Positions 55,603-63,236 of a stretch of 64,000 bases of DNA are shown one piece after another; the first letter of the stretch is position 1, and each line of letters begins with the position of its first letter. Source of the DNA: Deltaproteobacteria bacterium (lineage in GTDB: Bacteria > Myxococcota_A > UBA796 > SXON01). Made by a program: the position numbers and the translations under genes. The notes below the pieces were generated by a model. That model did no database searches. It had not been told where the DNA came from and was given only the letters and a program-made list of their open reading frames with translations. Where the stretch lies: positions 47,946 through 111,945 of the forward strand of contig CANKTH010000002.1 of the NCBI GenBank assembly GCA_947486185.1, read 5' to 3'.

Positions 55603-55962
55603 ATGGCCGCAGCGCTCCGGATCACTGCCCTCTCCGCTTCCGGTGTGGGGCCCTTTCAGGCCGTCGAGTGGCGTGACGGGGACGACTTCGATCGGGGCCT
55701 CCCTCGCCGGATGCTCGTCTTTGGCGAGATCGGCGTAGGAAAGAGCCGGTTGATGGAGTGGATCCTCGCGGGCCTCGAGATCCTGCTGGATGGGCCCGAA
55801 CTTCACCTCGATGGGGAGAGTCAGGTGCGCCTGCGCGGCTTCCTGTGCGGTATGGAAGCCACGCGGAGCGGCCAGATCTGGGCCTTCTCGCGTTCGGTGG
55901 ACCTCTATGAGGCGACGCCGCGCTCGGAGCGCCGGCGCCTCAGCTTTCCCCCGTTAGCCTGA
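55603..55962 (+). CDS. Walker-A-containing fragment resembling the N-terminus of an SMC/RecF/AAA_23-type ATPase (119 aa)
   Basis: LRITALSASGVGPFQAVEW...MLVFGEIGVGKSRLMEWI. No Walker B or signature motif follows. In frame with the next ORF across a single TGA. Confidence 0.45.
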   Translation: MAAALRITALSASGVGPFQAVEWRDGDDFDRGLPRRMLVFGEIGVGKSRLMEWILAGLEILLDGPELHLDGESQVRLRGFLCGMEATRSGQIWAFSRSVDLYEATPRSERRRLSFPPLA

Positions 55963-55968
55963 GCCGCG

Positions 55969-56391
55969 ATGCGACCCGGCCCTGCGCTGGTGGCCTTCGG
56001 CAGCTACCTCTCGGCGGCCCTCCTGGTGGGGGGGCACGTACCCCTCGTTGAACGCCGGATGTTCGAGTTTCCGAGCGGCGCCGAGCCGATGGTGGCGCCC
56101 CTGTTCCGCGCCGACGGCGTCTGGGCGTCGCCTTGGTCGTACACGGGCTTTGGGGGCGTCCGGCCAGAAGATGTTGACGTGGCGCACCAGGGCTACCGCT
56201 GTACGGTCCAGCAACACTTCTCCGAACAACAGGCCTGGATCGCAGCGCATCCGGCCGCCGCTGACTCGGGCCCCGGTCCGGTGGTCATCGAGGTCGGCGT
56301 GGTGATCCTGAGCGTCGGGCCCGAAGGGAAGGTGTACGCCGAGGATCGGGTGGACGCGCGGGGCACGGCGTGGCCGGTGGGGGGCCGATGA
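55969..56391 (+). CDS. Hypothetical protein (140 aa)
   Basis: Same frame as 55603..55962, separated by TGA plus two codons. ATGA overlap with the downstream membrane-protein gene. Confidence 0.4.
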   Translation: MRPGPALVAFGSYLSAALLVGGHVPLVERRMFEFPSGAEPMVAPLFRADGVWASPWSYTGFGGVRPEDVDVAHQGYRCTVQQHFSEQQAWIAAHPAAADSGPGPVVIEVGVVILSVGPEGKVYAEDRVDARGTAWPVGGR

Positions 56392-57251
56392 GCGCCGCGC
56401 CCGCGACCCGTCGCGGCGGAGGCCTGAGCCTCGCGACGAGGGTGCCTCGGATATTGATGGGTCTCTCCCTACTCTTTGCGTGGGCGTCACTCTCCAGCGT
56501 CACCCGGGTCAGCGGGCTCCCCCACGCCTACGGGCCTTCGGCCTGGCTGCCGCTGGCCCCGCTCACCAGCGGGCCAGGCTTCGCTCTGGTGAGCGTGGTT
56601 TTTGCCGGCGCCTGCCTCGCCTTCGTGCTGGGACGGCGCGCGCCGGTCGCTGCCGCGCTCATCGTTGCGCTGCTCGTGCTCATGAGCCACCTGCAAAGCG
56701 CACAATGGGCGCCGGACGCTCACCACGCCAACCGCGCGGTGGTGTTGCCCGGCGCTGCGATGGTGGCCTGGTGGCTCGCGCGTTGGCGCAGCCGGGGCCA
56801 GGGCGTCGGCGCCGCCGATGCCGCGGGGGTCGAGGCGGCCTGTGGCATCACCGCGGCGTGCTACAGCTTCGCGGGCTGGTCAAAGGTGAGCGGCAGCGGC
56901 TTGGAGTGGGCCAGCGGCCCCAACCTCGCGATGCACCTGATGGTGCACAGCTACGGCAGCGTCGAGCCGCTCCGCGCACTTCGGCAGGGGCTCGCGGAGC
57001 TGCCTGCCTTGTGCGCCTTCTTCGGACACGGCACCCTGCTCATCGAGTGCAGCTTCGGGCTTTTCCTGGTGCCACGGCTCCGGCGTCTCTACGCGACTGC
57101 GGCGGTCCTCATGCACCTCGGGATCGCCCTGGTGATGGGCCTCCACCACTACGACTGGATGCTCATGGTCGCGGGGCTCGGCTTCAGCTCGCCATCCACC
57201 CGCGGAGCTGCTTCTGCATCCGGCTCACCGCCTGGCCCCGGAGCTGGCTGA
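56388..57251 (+). CDS. Hypothetical polytopic membrane protein
   Basis: Start at ATG 56388 (ATGA overlap). About 7 hydrophobic spans. The 3' end overlaps the convergent fliA by 68 nt. Confidence 0.55.
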   Translation: MSAAPATRRGGGLSLATRVPRILMGLSLLFAWASLSSVTRVSGLPHAYGPSAWLPLAPLTSGPGFALVSVVFAGACLAFVLGRRAPVAAALIVALLVLMSHLQSAQWAPDAHHANRAVVLPGAAMVAWWLARWRSRGQGVGAADAAGVEAACGITAACYSFAGWSKVSGSGLEWASGPNLAMHLMVHSYGSVEPLRALRQGLAELPALCAFFGHGTLLIECSFGLFLVPRLRRLYATAAVLMHLGIALVMGLHHYDWMLMVAGLGFSSPSTRGAASASGSPPGPGAG

Positions 57252-57966
57252 CGCGGCTCTCGCACACGTTCAGGCGCTCACAGATCTGGGTGTACTTCAG
57301 GCCCTGCTGAAAATAAAGCACGATGACATCGCGCTCGGTCGGGGGGAGCCGGGTGATGGCGTGGCCCATGTCGTCGTCCCGCTCACGCTCCAGCCAACGA
57401 TCCACCGCGTTGGCCTCATCCGCCGCGAGGACCTCCGCGGCGCTTCGGGCGTCGTGTACGCTGGCCGGCGCATCGAGCGCGACCGGGCGGTTCACCACGG
57501 CGCCCGTCACCATCTCGTCGTAGGCGGTAGGGCTGAGCTTCAACGCAGTGACCATTTCGGCGCGGTCGGGGTCACGACCGAGGCGGTCGCGGAGGCGGGC
57601 GCGGGTACGCTCCAAGAGCGCGTTGCGTTGACGCACCGCGCGCGGCACCCAGTCCGCCGAACGGAGGCTGTCCACCATCGCGCCACGAATTCGGATCTCA
57701 GCGAACGCGCCGAACGGCACGCCGCGGTCTGGATCGAAACGATCCACCGCTTCAATGAGCCCGACGTACCCAGCGCTCACCAGCTCATCGAGCTCCGCTC
57801 GCCCGGAAAACTGGCGGACCAAGCGACTCGCGATGATGCGGACCAGGGGCATGTGGGCGACGATCAACGCCTCCCGCTCCGTCGTTGTCGGCCTACGCCG
57901 CCCAGCCCGCCGCTCGGAGAGCGGGACTAAACGAACGCAGTTACTCCCTTCGGAATATGTCGCCAT
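57184..57966 (-). CDS. fliA: Flagellar sigma factor FliA (sigma-28, FliA/WhiG family)
   Basis: ATG 57966 with GGAGGG RBS. Region 2 LVSAGYVGLIEAVDRFDPDRGVPFGAFAEIRIRGAMVD. Region 4 LKYTQICERLNVCESRVSQLRGQAVSRM. Confidence 0.88.
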   Translation of the reverse strand: MATYSEGSNCVRLVPLSERRAGRRRPTTTEREALIVAHMPLVRIIASRLVRQFSGRAELDELVSAGYVGLIEAVDRFDPDRGVPFGAFAEIRIRGAMVDSLRSADWVPRAVRQRNALLERTRARLRDRLGRDPDRAEMVTALKLSPTAYDEMVTGAVVNRPVALDAPASVHDARSAAEVLAADEANAVDRWLERERDDDMGHAITRLPPTERDVIVLYFQQGLKYTQICERLNVCESRVSQLRGQAVSRMQKQLRGWMAS

Positions 57967-58028
57967 CTCGACCCTCCGATCCTGCACACAACCCAACGGA
58001 CCATCAGAAGCGTGTTCTGTCGGGGTTG

Positions 58029-58057
58029 ATATTACGTCGGTCGGGCGGCGGGATCAA
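58029..58057 (-). promoter_or_regulatory. Candidate sigma-70-type promoter for fliA in the relatively AT-rich flhB-fliA spacer
   Basis: On the minus strand, TTGATC (58057-58052), 17-nt spacer, TAATAT (58034-58029). About 60 nt upstream of the fliA ATG. Confidence 0.35.
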
Positions 58058-58099
58058 TCTTTGAGAGAAAGTTTCCAGAAATTCTCGCTGTACAGCGTC

Positions 58100-59173
58100 T
58101 CAGGTCGAACGTAGCTTCTTACGCCGGTAAACCGCTGCCAGGACCCTGGCGACCGCTCCGTAGAACTCCGGCGGCACGGCTCCGCCCACCCGCCCCTTGA
58201 CCGCAAGCGCGCGCGCAAGCGCCCGATTCTCAACGATGGGCACGTCATTTCGAGCCGCAATGGTACGAATCTGAAGGGCAACGAGATCAAATCCGCGCGC
58301 GAGGATCACCGGCGCCGCGTTCTCGGCCTTCCGATACCTGAGGGCAACCGCGTAGTGGGTCGGGTTGGTGACCACCACGTCCGCGCGAGCCACGTCCTCT
58401 ATGCGGCGCCGGCTCGTGAACAGGCGAGCCATCTGACGACGACGCTGCTTGATCAGCGGGTCGCCTTCCGTATCTTTGTGCTCCTCCTTCACCTCTTGAC
58501 GTGTCATCATCAACTGTTGGTTCATGCGCCAGATCTGGTACAGATAATCGCCAATCCCCAGGAGCACTGTCATGGGGATTGCGCGCTCGAAGACGAGGCG
58601 AATCAGGCGGCCCAGAAAAATGAGCTGGGAGCCCGCCGGCCAGGAAGATGACGCCGGGAGGAGGTGAAGCTCGCTCTCAATCGCCGAATACACCGCCCAG
58701 GCCACGACGACGCCGACCATGACGCTCTTGAGGAGCCCCACCCACGGTTGCGCCGAGAGCATCTGGCCCTGGAGGTTCTTGATCGGATCGATACGTTCGA
58801 ACTTGGGTTCGAGCGCGTCTGTGGTGTAGTTGAACTGCGTCATCGCGAGGCCGAGGATCACAGCGGCGACGCTGCCGGGCAGGAGGAAGGCCAACAGTCC
58901 CGGCCCCACGGCCCACATGCCGGTGTACATCAAGCTCGGCAGGTCCCCCGCCTCGATCTCGCCGCTGATGCCACGCTGAAAACAAAAGCGGCTGAAACCG
59001 ACCATGTTCTCCAGCATCGACGGCGCCACCAGCGCGCCGACGATCACCGCCGACGCCATCGCTACCGACGCGGTGAGCTCGCGAGAGCCGGCGACGCGGC
59101 CCTCTTTCCGCGACTTCTCGATCTTCCGTTCTGAAGCCGGCTCGGTCTTTTCAGCGCCGTCGTTCTCCGCCAT
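58100..59173 (-). CDS. flhB: Flagellar export switch protein FlhB
   Basis: EKTEPASERKIEKSRKEGRVAGSRELT N-terminus, four TM spans, and the autocleavage motif VVTNPTHYAVALRY. Confidence 0.92.
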   Translation of the reverse strand: MAENDGAEKTEPASERKIEKSRKEGRVAGSRELTASVAMASAVIVGALVAPSMLENMVGFSRFCFQRGISGEIEAGDLPSLMYTGMWAVGPGLLAFLLPGSVAAVILGLAMTQFNYTTDALEPKFERIDPIKNLQGQMLSAQPWVGLLKSVMVGVVVAWAVYSAIESELHLLPASSSWPAGSQLIFLGRLIRLVFERAIPMTVLLGIGDYLYQIWRMNQQLMMTRQEVKEEHKDTEGDPLIKQRRRQMARLFTSRRRIEDVARADVVVTNPTHYAVALRYRKAENAAPVILARGFDLVALQIRTIAARNDVPIVENRALARALAVKGRVGGAVPPEFYGAVARVLAAVYRRKKLRST

Positions 59174-59175
59174 CG

Positions 59176-59934
59176 TCAGCGCGCAAGATCGGCGAGGACC
59201 AGGATAGCGGCGACCGACTCAGGCAGGCTGTAGAGCCAGGCCGCGAGCATCGGCTGTAGCGCGATGAGTAGGAGTGCGAGGGATGCGACGACCGTAAATG
59301 AAGGTCCTACCGCAAAAAAGAGCTGAAGACCGGGTGCCATGCGGCTCAGGATGGAGAGCCCCAGGTTCACCAGGAACACAAAGATTACCAGCGGCCCCGC
59401 CAGCGTGATGCCGAGCGCCACCGCCACGCCCGTCGCGGGCACCAACACCTCGCCCGCCGATGCGACGTTGTGAATGGTGCCAGGGGGGAGGATCGCAAAA
59501 GACTCGGCGAGCGCCTGAATGCACTGGAGGTGGAGGCCGGCCCCAAAAAAAACGCCGGTGCCCAGCCAGCTCGCCAGGAGGCCAAGCGCCCCAGGCTGAG
59601 AGAGGGTGAGGGGATCGAGCATCGACCCGATGTGCAGGCCCCCCTGGGTCGACAGGAGCTCCGCCGCCGAGCCCAGCGAGCCGAAGGCGATCGAGACCAC
59701 CGTGCCCATCGCGATGCCCAAGATGAACTCGCTGCCCACCCCCGCCACCAGCTGGCCCAGCGTCTCGGGTACACGGGTGTCCGCGCCCGCGGGCAGGAGC
59801 ACGAGCGTCAACGGCGCGGCGGCGCCCAGGCGCGCGAGGCGCGGCACGATGCCCGAGCCCAACGCAGGCATGGTCATCAGGAGGCCGCTCACCCGTGCAA
59901 ACATGAAGATCCCGGCCGCTACCGTGGCGATCAC
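59176..59934 (-). CDS. fliR: Flagellar export apparatus protein FliR
   Basis: GTG 59934 overlaps the fliQ stop (GTGA). Polytopic: FARVSGLLMTMPALGS..., typical of FliR/SctT. Confidence 0.85.
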   Translation of the reverse strand: MIATVAAGIFMFARVSGLLMTMPALGSGIVPRLARLGAAAPLTLVLLPAGADTRVPETLGQLVAGVGSEFILGIAMGTVVSIAFGSLGSAAELLSTQGGLHIGSMLDPLTLSQPGALGLLASWLGTGVFFGAGLHLQCIQALAESFAILPPGTIHNVASAGEVLVPATGVAVALGITLAGPLVIFVFLVNLGLSILSRMAPGLQLFFAVGPSFTVVASLALLLIALQPMLAAWLYSLPESVAAILVLADLAR

Positions 59935-60200
59935 CGCGATGCCTCCGGGATCTGCCTGAAACAACGTTCGCCGAAATTCACGAGCTCGCGCGCCATCCAC
60001 CCCGAAGCGAGCGCCAGCACGAGGCTGATGACCAGGAGTTTGGGCAAGAAGGTGAGCGTCGCCTCGTGCACCTGGGTCACGGCCTGAAACAGGGAGACCA
60101 CGGTTCCGACCACCATGATCGCGATGAGCGCCGGGCCGCCGACCATGAGCGTCACCAGCAGGGCCTCTCGCCCGAGCCGCGTCGCCTCCATCACCGTCAT
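59931..60200 (-). CDS. fliQ: Flagellar export apparatus protein FliQ
   Basis: 89 aa. GREALLVTLMVGGPALIAIMVVGTVVSLFQAVTQVHEATLTFLPKL. Confidence 0.9.
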   Translation of the reverse strand: MTVMEATRLGREALLVTLMVGGPALIAIMVVGTVVSLFQAVTQVHEATLTFLPKLLVISLVLALASGWMARELVNFGERCFRQIPEASR

Positions 60201-60955
60201 CGGGCGATACCCGCGGCCAGGTCACGGATCAGGAGCCCCCACCCGTCCATCAGCACGAAAACCAGGAGCTTGAACGGCAACGACACCACCACCGGGGGCA
60301 GCATCATCATGCCCATCCCCAAGAGGATGCTGCTGATGACGATATCGACGACCAGGAACGGGATGAACACATAGATGCTGATGACAAATGCTGTTTCGAG
60401 CTCGGACAACACGTAGGCGCTCACCACCACGGCCGTAGGTAGCTCGTCGAGCGTGTCGGGGCGCTCGATGTTGCCGACGTCCATGATCGTGGCCATGTCG
60501 GCGCGTCGGGTGTTCGCCAGCATGAACTCCCGCATCGGTGCGAGCGTCGTCGTCAGCGCCTCCTTCGCTTCGGTCTGCCCGTCGAGGAAGGGCACCACCC
60601 CATCGCTCCAGGCCGTGTCGAGCACCGGCTGCATCACCAGGAGGGTGAGGAAGAGGGAGACCCCGACGATCACTTGGTTGGGCGGCGATTGTTGAAGCCC
60701 GAGCGCCTGGCGGAGGAGCGAGAGCACCACCACGAAGCGGACGAACGGGGTCATCACCACGAGGAGCGCGGGCAAGAAGGAGAGCCCGGTGAGGAACAGG
60801 ATCAACCGCACCGCGGAGTTCACGCCCACGGGGGTGTCGCCGCCGACCACCTCGGTCAGCAACGCCGCCGCGTCGCCACCTGCCGCGACGGCGGCGGCCG
60901 GGTCTGGGGCGACGTCCTGTGCGAACGCCAGGAAGATGAACAACAAAAACGCCAT
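60197..60955 (-). CDS. fliP: Flagellar export apparatus protein FliP
   Basis: Signal-like N-terminus. LSLLRQALGLQQSPPNQV and LGMGMMMLPPVVVSLPFKLLVFVLMDGW motifs. Confidence 0.92.
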   Translation of the reverse strand: MAFLLFIFLAFAQDVAPDPAAAVAAGGDAAALLTEVVGGDTPVGVNSAVRLILFLTGLSFLPALLVVMTPFVRFVVVLSLLRQALGLQQSPPNQVIVGVSLFLTLLVMQPVLDTAWSDGVVPFLDGQTEAKEALTTTLAPMREFMLANTRRADMATIMDVGNIERPDTLDELPTAVVVSAYVLSELETAFVISIYVFIPFLVVDIVISSILLGMGMMMLPPVVVSLPFKLLVFVLMDGWGLLIRDLAAGIAR

Positions 60956-61404
60956 CAGTGACCCTGAGCCTCCGGCGAGGGGTCCCGCTCGGCAAGCGCT
61001 TCTTCGAGCACCCCAGCGGTCAGCCGAAGGCCAAGGTCGGCGACCAGGGTCGGCGCCGAGCCGCCGGTCCCGATGAGCAGGCGCCGACGTTCCCCATCCG
61101 ACTCCACCACCTCCACGAGCACCAGCGCGCTCCGATCCCCGAGCGACTCACGCCCGAGCACCACAATGGGCCGCGCCTCATCGGCGATCTTCGGTTGTTG
61201 GCGTTTGAGGCGCCAGGCCGCGTACAGGCCCAACGCACCCAGCAGGGCCGGCGGGATCAGGCGCCAGCCGCCCAGGGTGGCGGTAGGCTCGGCAGGCGCC
61301 GCAGCGACGCTCTCGGAGCCGCCCAGATCGTCCGCGGGAAAAAGCCGCTCGTAGGTGCCGTCGGCGGCGAATGCCATCCCGACCGCCAGGAGCAGACCGC
61401 TCAC
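60955..61404 (-). CDS. fliO: FliO-like flagellar biosynthesis protein
   Basis: Position between fliN and fliP. Single TM (LIPPALLGALGLYAAWRLKRQ) followed by a small soluble domain. GTGA and ATGA overlaps with both neighbours. Confidence 0.6.
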   Translation of the reverse strand: MSGLLLAVGMAFAADGTYERLFPADDLGGSESVAAAPAEPTATLGGWRLIPPALLGALGLYAAWRLKRQQPKIADEARPIVVLGRESLGDRSALVLVEVVESDGERRRLLIGTGGSAPTLVADLGLRLTAGVLEEALAERDPSPEAQGH

Positions 61405-61664
61405 CCGGCGTGCCGCGCGGGTCGGCCTCCGACCACCTCAATGATCCGCAGCGCAACACGATCCTTCACGACGATCATCTCACCCCGCGCGAGCACCTGC
61501 CCGCCGACCACGAGGTTGACCGGCTCCGACTGGCCGTGATCCAGCTCCACGACGTCATCCGGTTCGAGGCTCGCCAAGCGACGAATCGTCATCTTGGCTC
61601 GCCCAAGCTCCACGACTACCGATACCGGGATATCCTGGAGGAAGCTCACGCCCGAGTCCGACAT
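61401..61664 (-). CDS. fliN: Flagellar motor switch protein FliN (short, SpoA domain only)
   Basis: IPVSVVVELGRAKMTIRRLASLEPDDVVELDHGQSEPVNLVVGGQVLARGEMIVVKDRVALRIIEV. Confidence 0.9.
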   Translation of the reverse strand: MSDSGVSFLQDIPVSVVVELGRAKMTIRRLASLEPDDVVELDHGQSEPVNLVVGGQVLARGEMIVVKDRVALRIIEVVGGRPARHAG

Positions 61665-61686
61665 TCAGTTCACCGCTCCCGTGGGC

Positions 61687-62568
61687 CTATCGGTCGGGCG
61701 CCCGCGAACTTGAGTCCGAATTTGCGCGGCGCTCAACGCGGAAGGAGCGCTGGCCCCCGGTAATTCCTGGACGTCCGATAAAAGCCGGCTTGCCGCCCAC
61801 TCTTCCTTCGACCTCGCCGATCACACCCAGCGGGATTTCGTCTCCCGGGGCAAGGCGTTCCAGCGTACCAAAGGGCAGATCGAGCCGCGCGAGCTCCACC
61901 ACCAGCTCCAGCTCTACCGGCATCACGCGGTCGAACTTGGGCACCCGCGACGTCGGGTTGGCGGTCTCGGTCGCGCTGACATCTGGGGTGACCACCACCG
62001 CTGGTAGCGCGACGAACAAACGGCAGGTGCCCGTCTCCTCGGAGACCGCCAAGGTCGCGCAAAGGACAATCTGCTGCAGGTCCATGCCCGCCAGGATCCG
62101 CGGTCCCGAGCCCGATTTCCCCTCAAGGAACCGCGGCGGAGGCCCGAGGACCCAGGCCCCGGCCAGCGCGTCCATCAACTCCCGGCAGAGGCGCTGGCTC
62201 ACCGTCTTCTCCACCGTAGTCGGCGCCCGGGGGGTCCAGAGCGCAGGCGCCGCATCCCCCTCGCCAAAAAGACGGCCCATGAGGAAGGCGATCAGGTTGC
62301 CTTCGATCGCGATCACCCCGACGTGCCCGCCCTGGGCCATCGGCCAGGTGCTCCAGATCACGGCATCGGCGGCTTCGGTGTTCACCAGGGACTCGAGCTC
62401 GACAGCCCGCACTCCGACCAGCTCGATCGGCGCGTCTGCGCCCGTACGCGTCGCAAGCTGGGCCCGCACCCGGCGCAAGGCGAGCTCGAAACACTCCGCC
62501 ATTGGCGGCACGCTGACCCGCCCGTGACGTTCGAGATCGGCGCTACGGCTGGCGGCCGCGCGGTTCAC
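61687..62568 (-). CDS. fliM: Flagellar motor switch protein FliM (no recognisable N-terminal CheY-P binding peptide)
   Basis: GTG 62568 overlaps the fliL stop (GTGA). Middle domain LIAFLMGRLFGEG. C-terminal SpoA-like VELELVVELARLDLPFGTLERLAPGDEIPLG. Confidence 0.8.
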   Translation of the reverse strand: MNRAAASRSADLERHGRVSVPPMAECFELALRRVRAQLATRTGADAPIELVGVRAVELESLVNTEAADAVIWSTWPMAQGGHVGVIAIEGNLIAFLMGRLFGEGDAAPALWTPRAPTTVEKTVSQRLCRELMDALAGAWVLGPPPRFLEGKSGSGPRILAGMDLQQIVLCATLAVSEETGTCRLFVALPAVVVTPDVSATETANPTSRVPKFDRVMPVELELVVELARLDLPFGTLERLAPGDEIPLGVIGEVEGRVGGKPAFIGRPGITGGQRSFRVERRANSDSSSRAPDR

Positions 62569-63143
62569 TGGACGACGAACTGCGTGAAGTAGATGTGCAT
62601 CACCGTGTTCGGCGCCACGGCACCGTTGACGCGGGCGAGCAACTCGTCGCGGAGGCGGGTCTTGCCGTCGGTACCCTCGATCTCGCTCCAAGTGTAGTCA
62701 CTCGCCGCGGTGATCACCGCGTCACGCACCTGCGCCATGCGCGCGTTGAGCGCGTCGGCCACCTTTCCGGCCGCCTCCACCTGAACTTCGAGCCGGAGCA
62801 CCCGGCCTCCGCCGCTGCCTCTGAGGTTCACCGTGAAGGTGCCCAGGTTGACCACGCTCGGACCCTCGGCGACCGCCTTGCCTCCCGCTGCCGGGGCCGC
62901 CGCCCCATGGGCACCGCCCGCCGCAGCCTCGCCGCCCTCAGGGGCCGCCGCGGCCTCCTCCGCCGCGCCTTCTTCGACCGCCGGAGCCGCGTCTTCATCG
63001 GCCGCCTCAGTGCCGCCGCCGCCAAAACCCAGGAACCAGGCGCCCGCGAAACCGCCGCCCAACCCCAGGAGTACTGCGATGACCGGAAGGATCACCGAAA
63101 TCGCGCGGCGCCCGCCGGCCCCCCCATCTGCCTGTTCGCTCAT
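62565..63143 (-). CDS. fliL: Flagellar basal-body-associated protein FliL with Ala/Glu/Gly-rich linker
   Basis: ATG 63143. TM ISVILPVIAVLLGLGGGFAGAWF. C-terminus LGTFTVNLRG...LRLEVQVEA...MAQVRDAVI...LRDELLARVN...IYFTQFVVQ. Confidence 0.85.
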   Translation of the reverse strand: MSEQADGGAGGRRAISVILPVIAVLLGLGGGFAGAWFLGFGGGGTEAADEDAAPAVEEGAAEEAAAAPEGGEAAAGGAHGAAAPAAGGKAVAEGPSVVNLGTFTVNLRGSGGGRVLRLEVQVEAAGKVADALNARMAQVRDAVITAASDYTWSEIEGTDGKTRLRDELLARVNGAVAPNTVMHIYFTQFVVQ

Positions 63144-63172
63144 GAAACCTGCTCCGGCGGTCCGCGACCGTG

Positions 63173-63200
63173 TTCTCGGTCGCCACCCCACAAAGGTTTA
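63173..63200 (-). promoter_or_regulatory. Candidate sigma-28 (FliA)-type promoter upstream of fliL
   Basis: On the minus strand, TAAA (63200-63197), 16-nt spacer, ACCGAGAA (63180-63173). The enteric consensus is TAAA-N15-GCCGATAA. The -10 element matches 6 of 8 positions. Confidence 0.3.
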
Positions 63201-63236
63201 ATCGGATCTCGCGGCTCCGGCCCGCGACCCCCTGCT

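Noticed and set aside
57184-63191. Interpretation of the fliP/Q/R/flhB/fliN/fliM set as a non-flagellar type III secretion injectisome
   Set aside because: The flagellum-specific genes fliL, fliO-like, the hook gene flgE and the sigma-28 gene fliA are interleaved in the same operon. No secretin, needle or translocon genes are present in the window.
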